Shown here piece after piece: positions 52,501 to 64,000 of a DNA stretch of 64,000 nucleotides. The stretch is from Blasia pusilla (taxonomy: Eukaryota), in assembly GCA_050084515.1 (NCBI GenBank), contig CM114271.1, positions 26,040,001 through 26,104,000 on the forward strand. Reading direction: 5' to 3'. The notes beneath the pieces were generated by a model that worked only from the letters and a program-made list of their open reading frames with translations, was not told the DNA's origin and ran no database searches. The translations under genes were made by a program, and so were the position numbers. Position 1 is the stretch's first letter, and each line of letters begins with the position of its first letter.

Positions 52501-54704
52501 GCACCTGAGTATGCATGCCACGCCATCAATATTGACCAAGGAGTAAGCTATACGTACGCTTTACCCCAAAAGGTCCCAACTCCTCATGGGTATGTCGCAC
52601 AATGCGCTCTCTCTGAGCCAAATGCAACACTACTCGTACTCTACCATCCTCCCACACACGGAGAATATGTGTTCCCTCCAATCGATACCTCTTAGCACAT
52701 TGAAGAACACGGTCTCGCTCCTTGGCACTCACTATGCCTGGCACCCTACTGGTCCGTAGGAACTCCAACACCAACGCATCATCATGAATATCACGTTGAT
52801 CTGTACCACATCTCTAACCTTTGGATCTAAAGGCTAGCCATCTTCCCTCTGACAAGAGTAAGATGTCATGTGGTCCTCCATACTAGAGTCCACCCCTAAC
52901 CAACATAAAAAGGCAGATGCATGCCCACCTGGCACCATCTCCTCATCAACCTTGCTATGCCATCTAGCCCCAGTTGCATCCTCTTGGCTAGTACATGGGT
53001 TCCTACTCAACCGATCAGCATCAAGGTTGGCAACTCCAGGTCTATGTACCACCTGGAAGTCATACTCTTGTAAGATAAGAGCCCACCGTGCAAGCATCCA
53101 TGTAAGCTTGTCAGACTCCATCAATCACTTGAGCGGCTGGTGATCAGTAACAAGGATAAACTGTGTGCCAAACAAGTAACACCTAAAATGTGCCACAACC
53201 CACACTACTGCCAAGCACTCTCCCTCATATGAACTATAGCACGACTCCGCTGCATTATTCGAACGACTTGCATAGGCCACCAGAAACTCCATGTGCTCAT
53301 CATCATGTTGTGTCAACACCGCTCCAAGTCCCAACCTACTCCAATCAGTGTGTAACTGAAATGGGCGTCCTTTGATAGGTCTCCTCAAGATAGGCGCCGT
53401 CACCAAATGGGCCTTGAGCTCCACAAAAGCTCTCTCCTGATCATCTCCCCAGTGCCACTCCTAATCTGATTTCAGCAATTGGTTCAAAGGCTTTGCCATA
53501 ACACTAAATCCCTTCATATACCTCCAATAGTAGTTTGCCAATCCCATGAATGCCCGAACTCTATTCACATCTACTGGATGAGGAATAAGTGCAATAGCCT
53601 CCACCTTTGCTTGCTGAACTCCCAAACCACCTGGATAGATCACATGACCCAAGTACTCAACATCCTCATGGAAGAACTTACACTTTCCTCGATGCAAACG
53701 TAGACCATAAGCTTTCAACCGATCAAACACAATCTGCAAATGTATCTAATGCTCCTCCACCGTGTTACTGAACACCAAGATATCATCAATGTTACACCGG
53801 AAAAATCCAATCATGCTAGGATCTTGTCCATGACTCTCTGAAACTCGGCACGTGCATTCTTAAACCCAAAAGGTAAGAATTTCCACTGGTACAAACAATC
53901 TTTGCCATGAGAGTTGACACCCCAAAATGCTTTCTTGGCCTTGTCACTCTCGCGAATTGGCAACTGATGGTATCCTTCCCGAAGATCCAAAGTACTGAAA
54001 ATCTTTGCCTGTCCCACCACATCAAAGATCTCCTCAGGTGTAGGCATGGCATACCTATCGTCCTTGGTTTGCCGATTGATAGGACGGTAATCTCCACACA
54101 TCCGCCTATCTGTGTAGTTGCCATGCACATCCTTTTTAGCACGCATGATAGTGGTTGATGCATACTCTCCATACAAAAACTCCACTAATCCAACCTCCAA
54201 AAGGTCCAACGTCCTACTCTGAATCAAGTCCCTCTCCATATCACTATATCGGTAGGGATGACGGAAGATTGGCGAATCACTAGCCAAATCAATCAGTATA
54301 TTGGGTCCAACCAAAGCACCCAACTCCTTCATGCTTAAGGCAAAAAAACTCCTATAAGCACGTAGGAATTGTGTCAAGCGTCGTTTCTCACCTCCCCTAA
54401 GCTTGGGCCCAAGTAATGGCTCCCAAGTCTCCTCCACTAGCACCCTAGAGGGAGAGGATGATGCCATTGGCTGCTATCCAACCCCCTCACAAGATGGTAC
54501 ACCCTTAGCTACACCATCATCTGAGCAAATAACTCCTTCACCAGCATGAGCAACCAACTCCACATGCCCAACCATTACATCCCATTTACTCCAAGGATGC
54601 AAAATACTATCTTCCTCGCCCCCAACCGATGTCTCTACCGTCCCGTTAGCCATTGAGCTCATCACAAGGGGTGGAAGACCCATAGACATAGTCCAAAATC
54701 GACG

Positions 54705-55690
54705 TTACTCGGCCATCCTAAGACTCAAAATCCAGGTCAAACAATTCAGGTCCATGGCCTGACCCAACACATGACGTCGTGAAGCCTCAGAAATGGAAGC
54801 AACCGCTGTCACACCAGTAGCAAATCCCATCGCACGCTCTCTCTCATCAGCATTAGGCTCCACCAACTGTCGCACATGCGAATCCCATACAAGCCAAGAA
54901 TCACCTTCCTTGTAGGCATGTGACGAGGGAAAACTCACAAATTTTGGTAGTGCTATCCTAGGCTGGCCCACACGGTTCACCACTGCCATGGGTGACCGAT
55001 CAATAACCCTCACCACCTGAGAAAGTTGCCCATTATCCAAGATAATATCCATTGTAAGGCAAGGATCCCGCTGCACTGCATCATATGCTCGACGTAGAAC
55101 CTCCCTAGGCAACAAGTTTGTCCACCACAAGCGTGGACGATGTGCACGCGAGCCAACTCGCGCTGCATCCAACAACACCGTTGGTCCAATCCAAGAACAC
55201 TCGCCATCATCCGGGTCCGAGTGTCATCCAATAATGGAACATTCTCTAGAATGTAAGCTGGAGCACGTGCCTGATGAACCTGAAGATGTCGTAACACCCG
55301 TAACATCTCCCAAAACAATCGAGACCTAGGGTCGTGTAATCCCTCACCACGACCAGCACGTGTATGACCCTGACATGGCCATCCAGAAATCACCAAATCC
55401 ATAGGACCAACGCTCTCAAGGTCCTGCGCCCCCAACAATGCAATGTGTGACGGCAAAGCACGATGGTACCCACGAATAGCTGATGGCGGCAACAACTCAG
55501 GATATCTCTGCATCAAGTGACCAATATGTCGGGATGAGACTCTCTGGGCCGTCTCATCTCGCTCCACATACACGTATCTCCGCACAAGAATACCGGCCTA
55601 CAATACTGCAGCCAAAACCACTGCTAATCCCACCAAAGAGATCTAACACACAAATGCCCTCCGGTGGATACTGCCATACAATGGGTATAG
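54705..55690 (-). pseudogene. C5 cytosine DNA methyltransferase domain within Pol of element B (frameshifted)
   Basis: VLDLFGG, YVERD, DLVISGWPCQG, YILENV, RAHRPRLWWTNL, ERERAMGF and LGQAMD. Confidence 0.94.
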
Positions 55691-58600
55691 TATCCAAATG
55701 GGATAACCAATGGACAGAAGTAGGAGTCCGTGGGGCCTCCTCTTCCTCGTGAGGTATAATGACCTCACACCAAGCCCTTCGCACTAGGCGATCAACCTCC
55801 GCCATAGTGCACCTTTGAACTCCAAAGTGGCACATCCAACGATGAGGATGCCTTTGCTGCAAAACTAGGGACCTCCTCTACCTCCTCATGCATAGGAGAA
55901 TCCATAGCAGAAACATTACCCTCCAAAAAGTCTCCTGGCCAAGTGACTACTCCACTAAAACCAGCCACAGATGCTAACACTGTTGGGGAAGACCCTCCTG
56001 GTCGAGCCCCATAAATAAATCTCATTGGAACTTGGCTCATACGTCCATCCCCGAACTGCCAATCAGGTCTATAAGACGCTGTCTCAGTCCAGTAATCCAT
56101 TTGAAAACCCATCGGGTACAATACTGCTCCTCCAACTAGTACATCATACGACTCGGCTAATGTGACCACTGCAGGTACTCCCAACCGGGAGCTATCAGTC
56201 GCATGATTTGGTCTCAACTGTACAGAAAACTTCTCCCGTATCATGAATTGAGACCTATCATTGGCTCCTCCAAGTGATGTTTGAATCTGGAATGGGCAAG
56301 GCTCAAGCTCTGACCTCCGAATACCCAAACCAATACATGCCGCCTTTCCCAACATCAAAGGTTGGGCACTAGAGTCTAACAACACTCTATCTGGTCTATA
56401 CACATGTCCTGTAGGACTCACCCATCGGAATATCCCACTCCGATTGTTCAACATACATACACATGGTGTAAGCCTCTCACGATCAATGGCTGGCCGGGCT
56501 GGTAATGCATCCATCTTCGCCGCTGCTGCCTGCCAAGTAGCACTGATACTCAATGCTAAACTTGATATAGAGGGTCGCTCCACCGCAACACCCTCATCCA
56601 CCTTAGCACGTGTAGCAGTAACACCCCCACGTTCACACAACGTGGCTGCTAGCTGAAATACAGGAGCTTAGTCAACTCCTAAAGCCATCAGCTCCGTAGC
56701 CGAAAAAAATGGGGATTCCAACACAGAAGTTGCCATCCGCAATACTGCACTGGATGCTGCATCTGTGTCTACTACACGCGATGTAGATGCCTCAGTCCCC
56801 ACTTTAGGCTCAATAGGCCGTGTAGGAACCATGGATGGAGTCCTAAGCACCTTAGACAACAAGAATGACTGGGGAAGCCTAGCCTGCCTCCCAACCTCAC
56901 CCCTCTGCCGGTCCAACTCCACAGTAGCACCACGTGGCTCTGACGCTCGAGTGGCTCCTCTTGTAACTACAACTGATGCCTCAACTTGTGCTGCACTCGC
57001 CATAGAAGAGAGATCATCCCCTCCATAAGAGGTGGAAGCCCCTGCTCCTGAACGTGCTCTATGCTGGATACCAGCCATAGTAGCAAACTTCTGCTCCAAC
57101 TGCTCAATCCTGGCAGCCATAGCTGACTCTGTTGTAGTGGTACGGGTAGCCACCGTAGGCTCTCCAACCACTGGTCCACCTCTACCACCCCTACCACCTC
57201 TACCACCTCGGCCTCTCGGAGCTACTCCACCACGGCCGCGACCTGATCTCAACTCTGGATGAAGATCAAAGCAACGCTCTCGAGGATGACCTGGTCTCCC
57301 GCAATGATCACAGTGAGTTGGGGCCGACTGAGGCTCATCCTCCAAAGTCCGTCTCCCATCCTCTTGGGGACAAAACCTCCTAACATGATCACCTCCACAT
57401 GTCCAAGATGACTGTCCTTGCTATGGGGCAGCAAATGAAGGCAATGGTCTCTACGCAAGTGTCCCTCTAGGACCTGACTGAGGTCGTGTGTACCCCCACG
57501 ACTCCCACTACTACTACCACCACCACTACTATGAGACTGTGAGGTGGACTGCTGAACACGAGAAGTAGTAGTTGTATCCCTACTGAATGCGGATGTCAAC
57601 ACTCTCTCCTCCACCATGTTAAGCTCAATCTTCTCAAATAGAGCAAACACATGGGTCAATGTGGGTGAATCATCATTCATATGAGTAGCATCACGTACCC
57701 TACGGTGCAACTCTCTGTCCAAGATCCCATACCAAAACTGGACTGCCTGAGCCTCAGTCACACCCTGGGTAACTAAAATCAAGCGTTGCATACGAGTGTA
57801 TGCCTCACGAAGACTCTCACTAGTCTTTCGCTCAAATTCCTGAAGACTCCTCAACTTCTCTATCTTCACTCCCTGATAGTTCTTCTTCAACCTCTTGAAG
57901 AATTCTGCAACCGGGCTGAATGATGGTGAGGCACTAGTACCTCCATGGGTACCTCCACTGGTACCCCCACTCCGGCTCGTACTCGTACCACTCAACGTCG
58001 GGCTGGCTAGCATAGTAGGAGCACTACTACCAATACCACCATGGGTCATAGACACATAGCCTGGAGACCAATATTGTCTCCACGCCTCAATCTCAGCAAA
58101 TGCAACATGGTCCTTCCTAAACTCATGGTAATCATCCATGGGTGGTCCCTCCAAGTGCTGAAACAACCCCTTCCAAACCAAGAAGGGTGTAAACAACGTG
58201 GCGTTCCACAACATCTGCATATCACACCACGTATCAAACTCCCGAATGAAGTCCTCCAACTCAATGGTGCCCACTGCACCCAAGTATCGTTTTGGGCCCT
58301 TCATGGCCCCATATATCCCGTCCATGTCCCAAATCAATGGAGCTGCAACACTTGATAACAACGTAGAAGACTCGGTGTTTGGAACACCCTCGTCCTCCTC
58401 TTCATCAACCGTTGGAAGTGGAAAAGGTAGCCGATATCTCAATCCACTCTGTGTAAAACCACCATTGTCCGCACCACGGTCGCCAACCATACCAACAGAC
58501 ACCTCCGTGATGACCAACGTCGATGCCGCACCACCACCAAATCACCACCACTAAGTAACCAAGTGACATCGATGTCGCTGTACTATTCTAGCTCTACTAG

Positions 58601-60040
58601 CTATGGGTGTAGGCAACCTAACCTATCATCACCACAAGAAGCCTCCCACGGTCTACTGGTCATCACTCTAGCCTCACTACCGGTAGGTAGCACACAGGAG
58701 TAAAACTACTCTAAAATCAACGTCAATCCTAACAATGGGCGCGCAAGCAAGAAGCAACGATGGAGGGGATCCAAACACATGAAGTCCAACGACAACCCTC
58801 CAATGGCAAATGGAAATCAAGGTCACACAATCCACCAAACATGGCGCCCCCTGAATCCACAGAACCCACCACACAATTCTAACGCAATAGCTACTCCGCC
58901 GTTGGTCGATGACGTGCTAGTCGCACTCGTAGCCCCTGAAAATATCACCTGCATGGAGAGGCTACACCATACTATGCGCTAGAGGTCCATCAACCAAAAA
59001 CCCGAGATGCATAAAGCACCTAACACATCTCCGAACAACACCAAATGAGCTACATTAGTGTGTACAATGACATAGTTAAGAACTCAGCAGTTAAGCGTCT
59101 TCCAGGCAGAATAACCCAAAGATGGGTGACCAGTTATGCAACACTCAACTCACAAATCCTGCAAAAATTGCCTCACGCCCAAGCAAACAAGATTTCTTGC
59201 TTGCTCCTTGCTCCTTACTCCGCTTCTCACGCCCACTCACCCCAAGCTACCATGAGTTGCCTCAAAGCCTCAAAACGCCGAGAGATGCTCGAGACATGCC
59301 CCTATCGCCCCGTTCACCACGCTCCGCCATGCTTTGCTATGGAGAGAGGCCCAATCAAGACGCCCCCAACTGGATAGGCGTCTCTAATAATGGACGAATC
59401 ACCAACCAACCAGCCCCTCCGATCTGTTGTCCACCATAGCCAGACCTTGAGCTAGTCCATGAAATTTCGATCAAAAATTACTCCACAAATCCTCAACCAA
59501 AATTGAATCTCTTTCAACCAGAATTCAATTGGCCACAATAACTATCTCTCCACAAAAAATCAGCTACAATCAAGCTCTGTACTCCGAGCTAAAAATCAGA
59601 CAAACTTGCTGTCCGTACACCTCCAGAATTGCAAATCCAACAACGCTTCCGTCCACATTCATGCACACAGAAATCCGCAATGCTCCACACACTCAAGCAG
59701 ATAGCTTCACATGAGAGCACAATACAAGTAGTCATAGGAACCTCTCACCCAATCTGGATGAACTTCAACAGAGCTTCCACACTCCAAGCTCTCCACATAA
59801 GAAAACCGTCAAACACGAACCAGAATCTTCAATCCTTGATAACTTCCAACTCCCTTAACAAAATCCGGCGATCTAAAGAGCGTTGGAAATCTCTCAGCAA
59901 GACGCTTCTTTCCCAACCAAACACGCACTAGATTCACACCTCCAACATAGGCCACAATCCATGAACATCCACGGCTGAGTACATAATCAGCCCTAACAAG
60001 TTCCTACTGATCCATGATCAAAGCAACCATGGATCTACTC

Positions 60041-60053
60041 TAGTTCTTTGAGT
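60041..60053 (-). promoter_or_regulatory. Self-priming-type PBS of element B
   Basis: 13-nt exact complement of 60215-60227, which lies about 25-30 nt downstream of a TATA-like site (GGATAAAG in A1, GGATATAG in A2). Confidence 0.75.
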
Positions 60054-60511
60054 GAAATCCGTGAAAAAAATACTGTCATAAAACACGTATAGAATCACAT
60101 ACAATCGAGCCAAACCCACTCCATGATGGGAGAATCCAGGTCTAAGCTTGCGGGAACCACCATAGCCAAGAGCTCTACTAACTACCAAGGCTAACTCCGA
60201 ACGCAACAGGCTCAACTCAAAGAACTAACTATTCTTTGAGTGCACTCCACACTTTATCCTCCAACCTAAGAGCGGGCCCTACTAGAAAAGTCATCCTCAA
60301 GTGAGTAACCCTCAAGTGAGTAACCCCCAACCCTATGTATGAAATCGCATCTCTACCTAGACACTACGACCCTACATAAGGTATGGCCTCTACTAGCACA
60401 CTATACTCTACGACATAATCCGTATGGTCATGACACCCTGCTATTGTGAGCCCCATAGACCTACCTATTCGCGACTTCTCCAAGAATATCTATGGATGCC
60501 CTTGGTGATTT

Positions 60512-63500
60512 TGTCATGCGCATACCCATCATTACACAACATACATCGTTGTCATCAAACACACACACAAACACACACGATCCCATGCTAACTCATGGCA
60601 TCCATACACAAGAAGTACCAAAATATCTCCAATCGCCCCGGTAGCTGGTGGTTAGGTCCCTCTAACTCCATATAGCCATCTATCCCTACCTACCACGACA
60701 TACATCTCTAGGACACTAAGAGCAGAAAGGTCGGGTGCTCATGTGGCCCCATCGTTAGTCGCCTTCCTATCATCCATGTCACAGAAAAAGTCGGAATCAA
60801 AATCTACCTAGTATCTCCTCTATGTACATCTGGGACACATCCATCATCCCCGAGGAACCCTAGTGAGAGGTGGGATCAAGCATGCCATATGCCAACCTCT
60901 CGAACATCCATCACAGACTAGCATCGTGGCCGCACCACGGGCAGAACCACACAACATACAATGCAAGCCTGAAGGAACTACTGCTAAGCTCGGATCTACT
61001 GTACCATCAATGTTAGAAAGGTGACATGGCGCACAATTACGCACATGGTCCTTCCATACCATACCATCGCGTTCCTCCAACAAGAGAACACCGGATGGCA
61101 AAACGTCTCGCACTCTCAGGATAGTGCGCCTTGCAGTCACATCCAACATCGTCAGTGCCATCTGTTGCAAGTAGACATAATCTCCTTGATGAAACCTCCG
61201 GATAGGTGGTCGATAACCACCATCCCGAATAGTCGCATACCTCAACGTATCTCGATGATGCGCAATCGCCAAGTTCTCGAACGCCATGGGCATCACTCTC
61301 CGAAACAACTCACCCCTATGAGAACATGCTCGCATCCATACATCTGGGTCATCAAGGTCCAGCACCTCACCAGCATCTCGACGAATGGCCTCAGGTAAAT
61401 CTGGCTCTTGGCCATAAAGTAGCAAGTACGGTGAAAAAGACGCTAAGGATGCATGCCTGCTGAATCTGTATCCCATCGCCAACCATGGCAAGTGGAGGTC
61501 TCAATCTGCTAGGTGACCTCTATACAAGCCATACTTGCATAAACCCCTCTTCACTTTCTGCACAACTCTCTCCTCTAATCCATCCTCCTCAGGATGATCT
61601 CGCAAAGTCGTGCGGTGGTGGATCAGCGCTTGATCATACAAGGCCTGGAACTCACCGCAAAACTAGGTACCCTGGTCTGTGAACACCTCAGCCGGTGCAC
61701 CATAATGACTCAACACTCTGTCAAGGAAGGCATAAGCTACTCCCTCACTCGCTTTGTCAGGCAATGCAACCAACTCGATCCACTTCGAGAATTGCTCACA
61801 CTTCTCGAAGTAAACGACTCTGATGCTCTGTCAAAGGCAAAGGTTCTGCAAAATCCCAACTCCATCTATACCCTAAGCCCATGATCGATAATGGATGCAA
61901 TTGAGGAGTCGGAGCATTGAACGATGCTTGGACCCAATCACACACCATGCACATGGCAACAAACTGCTGAACGTCAGTCTGCATGCCTCGCCACCAATAC
62001 TGAATCTGGAGCAAGTTGTACGTCCGCTTCACCCCAAAGTGACCCAACTCCTCCTAGGCATGTTGCACTAGTTGTGCTCTCTGCAAAGGATGCGGCATTA
62101 CGCGTACTCTGCCATCCTCCCAAACCCTCAAAACATGTGTCCCCTCCCAACGGAACTGTCTGGCCCGCTGTAGGATCCGATCCCGCACTCTAGCACTCAC
62201 GGTGCTCGCAACGTTGCTAGTACGAAGGTACTCCGAGACTACTCCATCATCATGAATATCTCGGCCACTTGTCATCTCCTCACTTGCCTCGGGATCCAAG
62301 GACTCTCCACTAGACCTCGCCATCAAAGTCTCCACACTCTGGCTCTCCATAGCCAACATGCCTAAATAGGCTGATGCGTGCCATCATGACACTAACTCCT
62401 CATCACTCTCTCCATGCCATCGAGCTCTAGTTGCATCTCGCTGACTCGGGCATAGGTTAAGACTCAACCCATCTGCATCCTGGTTGAGCGTCCCAGGTCT
62501 ATGTACCACGTGAAAATCATACTCCTGCAATAACAGAGCCTATCTCGCAAGCTTCCTTGTAAGCTTTTCGGACTCCATCAACCACTTCAATGGTTGATGA
62601 TAAGTGATGATGATAAACGGGTTGCCGAATAAGTAACACCTGAAATGCGCGATAGCCCACACTGCAGCCAAGCACTCACCCTCATACGAATTGTACTTCA
62701 CCTCTGTAGCGTTGTTGGAGCGGCTAGCGTAAGCCACCATGAACTCTCTACCCTCATCATCATGCTAGATGAGCATCGCTCCAAGCCCCAACATGCTCCA
62801 ATATGTTTCCCAGGTCTATGCACCACATGGAAATCAAACTCCTTCAACAACAGAGCTCACCTCGCAAGCTTCCATATAAGCTTGTCGGACTCCATCAACC
62901 ACTTAAGTGGCTCATGATCAGAAATAATGGTAAAGGGGTTGCCAAATAAACAACATCTGAAATACGCGATAGCCCACAATGCAGCCAAGCACTCATCCTC
63001 ATACGAGTTATACTTTGCCTCTGCAGCGTTGTTTGAGCGACTAGCGTAAGCCACTACAAACTCTCTACCCTCATCGTCATGCTGGGTGAGCATGGCTCCA
63101 AGCCCCAACATGCTCCAATCTATATGCAATTGGAAAGGATGACCCTTGATCGGTCTGCTCAATATGGGCGCGAACGTCAATCTATCCTTCAGCAAGTGAA
63201 ATGCTCTCTCCTACTCATCCCCCAATGCCACTCCTGATCTACCTTGGTCAGCAAGGTTAGCGGCTTTGCAATCAAACTAAAATGATCGGTCATCCACGAC
63301 AATGGTAAACCGTGTGGGCCAGCCTAGGATGGCACTACCCACATTTGTGAGTTTTCCCTCATCACATGCCTACAGGGAAGGTGGTCCCGGGCTTGTATGG
63401 GATTCTCATGAGCGACAGTTGGTGGAGCCTAACGCTGATGAGAAAGGACGCCCCCTAATCGGCCTCCTCAAGATGGGCGCGGACGTCAACCTGTCCTTGA

Positions 63501-64000
63501 GCAACTGAAATGCTTTCTCTTGCTCATCCCCCCAATGCCACTCGTGATCCACCTTGGTAAGCAAGGTTAGCGGCTTCGCAATCAAATTGAATCCCTTGAT
63601 GTACCGCCGATAGAAGTTCGCCAATCCCATGAATGCCCGAACACGACTCACATCTGTAGGGCGTGGAATGCGTGAGATAGCCTCTACCTTGGTCTGCTAA
63701 ACACCAAGGCCCCTTGGGTATATCGTATGACCCAAGTACTCAATCTGGTCATAGAAGAACTTGCACTTGCCTGGATGTAGCTTCAGCCCATGTAATTGCA
63801 ATCGTTGAAACACCTCCTCTAGATGTCGCTCATGCTCCTCAATCGTGGCGCTAAAGACTACAATGTCATCAATATAATACCTAGCAAAATCCCGACCAGC
63901 CAAGATCCTATCCATGACCCTCTGAAACTCAGCCGGGGCGTTCTTTAATCCAAATGGTAAGAACGACCACTTGGACAAACTCCCCGCATAACCTTCTACT
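60512..64000 (-). mobile_element. Element C (same family as A), 3' part: RT (YIDD), repeated RNase H segments, INT, PHD and a single B repeat
   Basis: PFGLKNAP...YIDD (63697-63978); RNase H segments at 62857-63195 and 62540-62800; INT; PHD CMLC..CDGCSRGWHMAC..CPRC; B repeat 60633-60512 ending TGACA, with no A2-B2 after it. Confidence 0.9.

Larger units (their letters stand above)
50586..60435 (-). mobile_element. Complete Ty3/Gypsy-class element B (9850 bp) with cytosine methyltransferase, PHD finger, split direct repeats and a 4-bp TSD
   Basis: On the - strand: A1 60435-60054; PBS 60053-60041; gag 58517-56668; PR (LLDSSAQ); DNMT ~55690-54705; RT 54467-53460; RNase H; INT; PHD ~51495-51360; PPT 51191-51183; B1 51182-51076; A2 51073-50693; B2 50692-50586. 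Ends TGTCA...CGACA; TSD CCCT at 50582-50585 and 60436-60439. Confidence 0.96.

Noticed and set aside
50586-60435. Classification as DIRS/PAT/Ngaro because of split repeats plus a methyltransferase
   Set aside because: No tyrosine recombinase is visible. The element has an aspartic protease, a DDE integrase (HHCC region, GLAER), TG..CA ends and a TSD, and its MTase is C5-cytosine type, not the adenine type of DIRS.

Overview
Eukaryotic land-plant genomic DNA with spliceosomal introns; a bryophyte or other non-seed plant is my inference. Three host genes: a CLC-e-type plastid chloride channel (+, 4776-9583), a secreted dienelactone-hydrolase-like alpha/beta hydrolase with a bacterial look (-, 15450-16705) and the GPI transamidase catalytic subunit GPI8/PIG-K (+, 42908-48354). 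The rest is mostly decayed transposons: two copies of one Ty1/Copia family, a CRE-like non-LTR element, probable Helitron ends and three Ty3/Gypsy-class elements. The Gypsy elements are the main finding. (1) Their Pol carries a C5 cytosine methyltransferase between protease and RT, and a PHD finger after integrase. (2) Instead of two LTRs, two copies from divergent families have split direct repeats, A1-[gag-pol]-PPT-B1-A2-B2; the complete copy has TG...CA ends and a 4-bp TSD. (3) A quasi-palindromic CA-nn-TG junction lies inside the repeat, between B1 and A2. (4) The PBS is complementary to the predicted transcript 5' end (Tf1-type self-priming). This layout is what a DDE integrase would leave if it integrated a 2-LTR circle by cutting inside U3, giving a circularly permuted LTR retrotransposon. 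The structure is seen directly; the mechanism and its novelty are inference.
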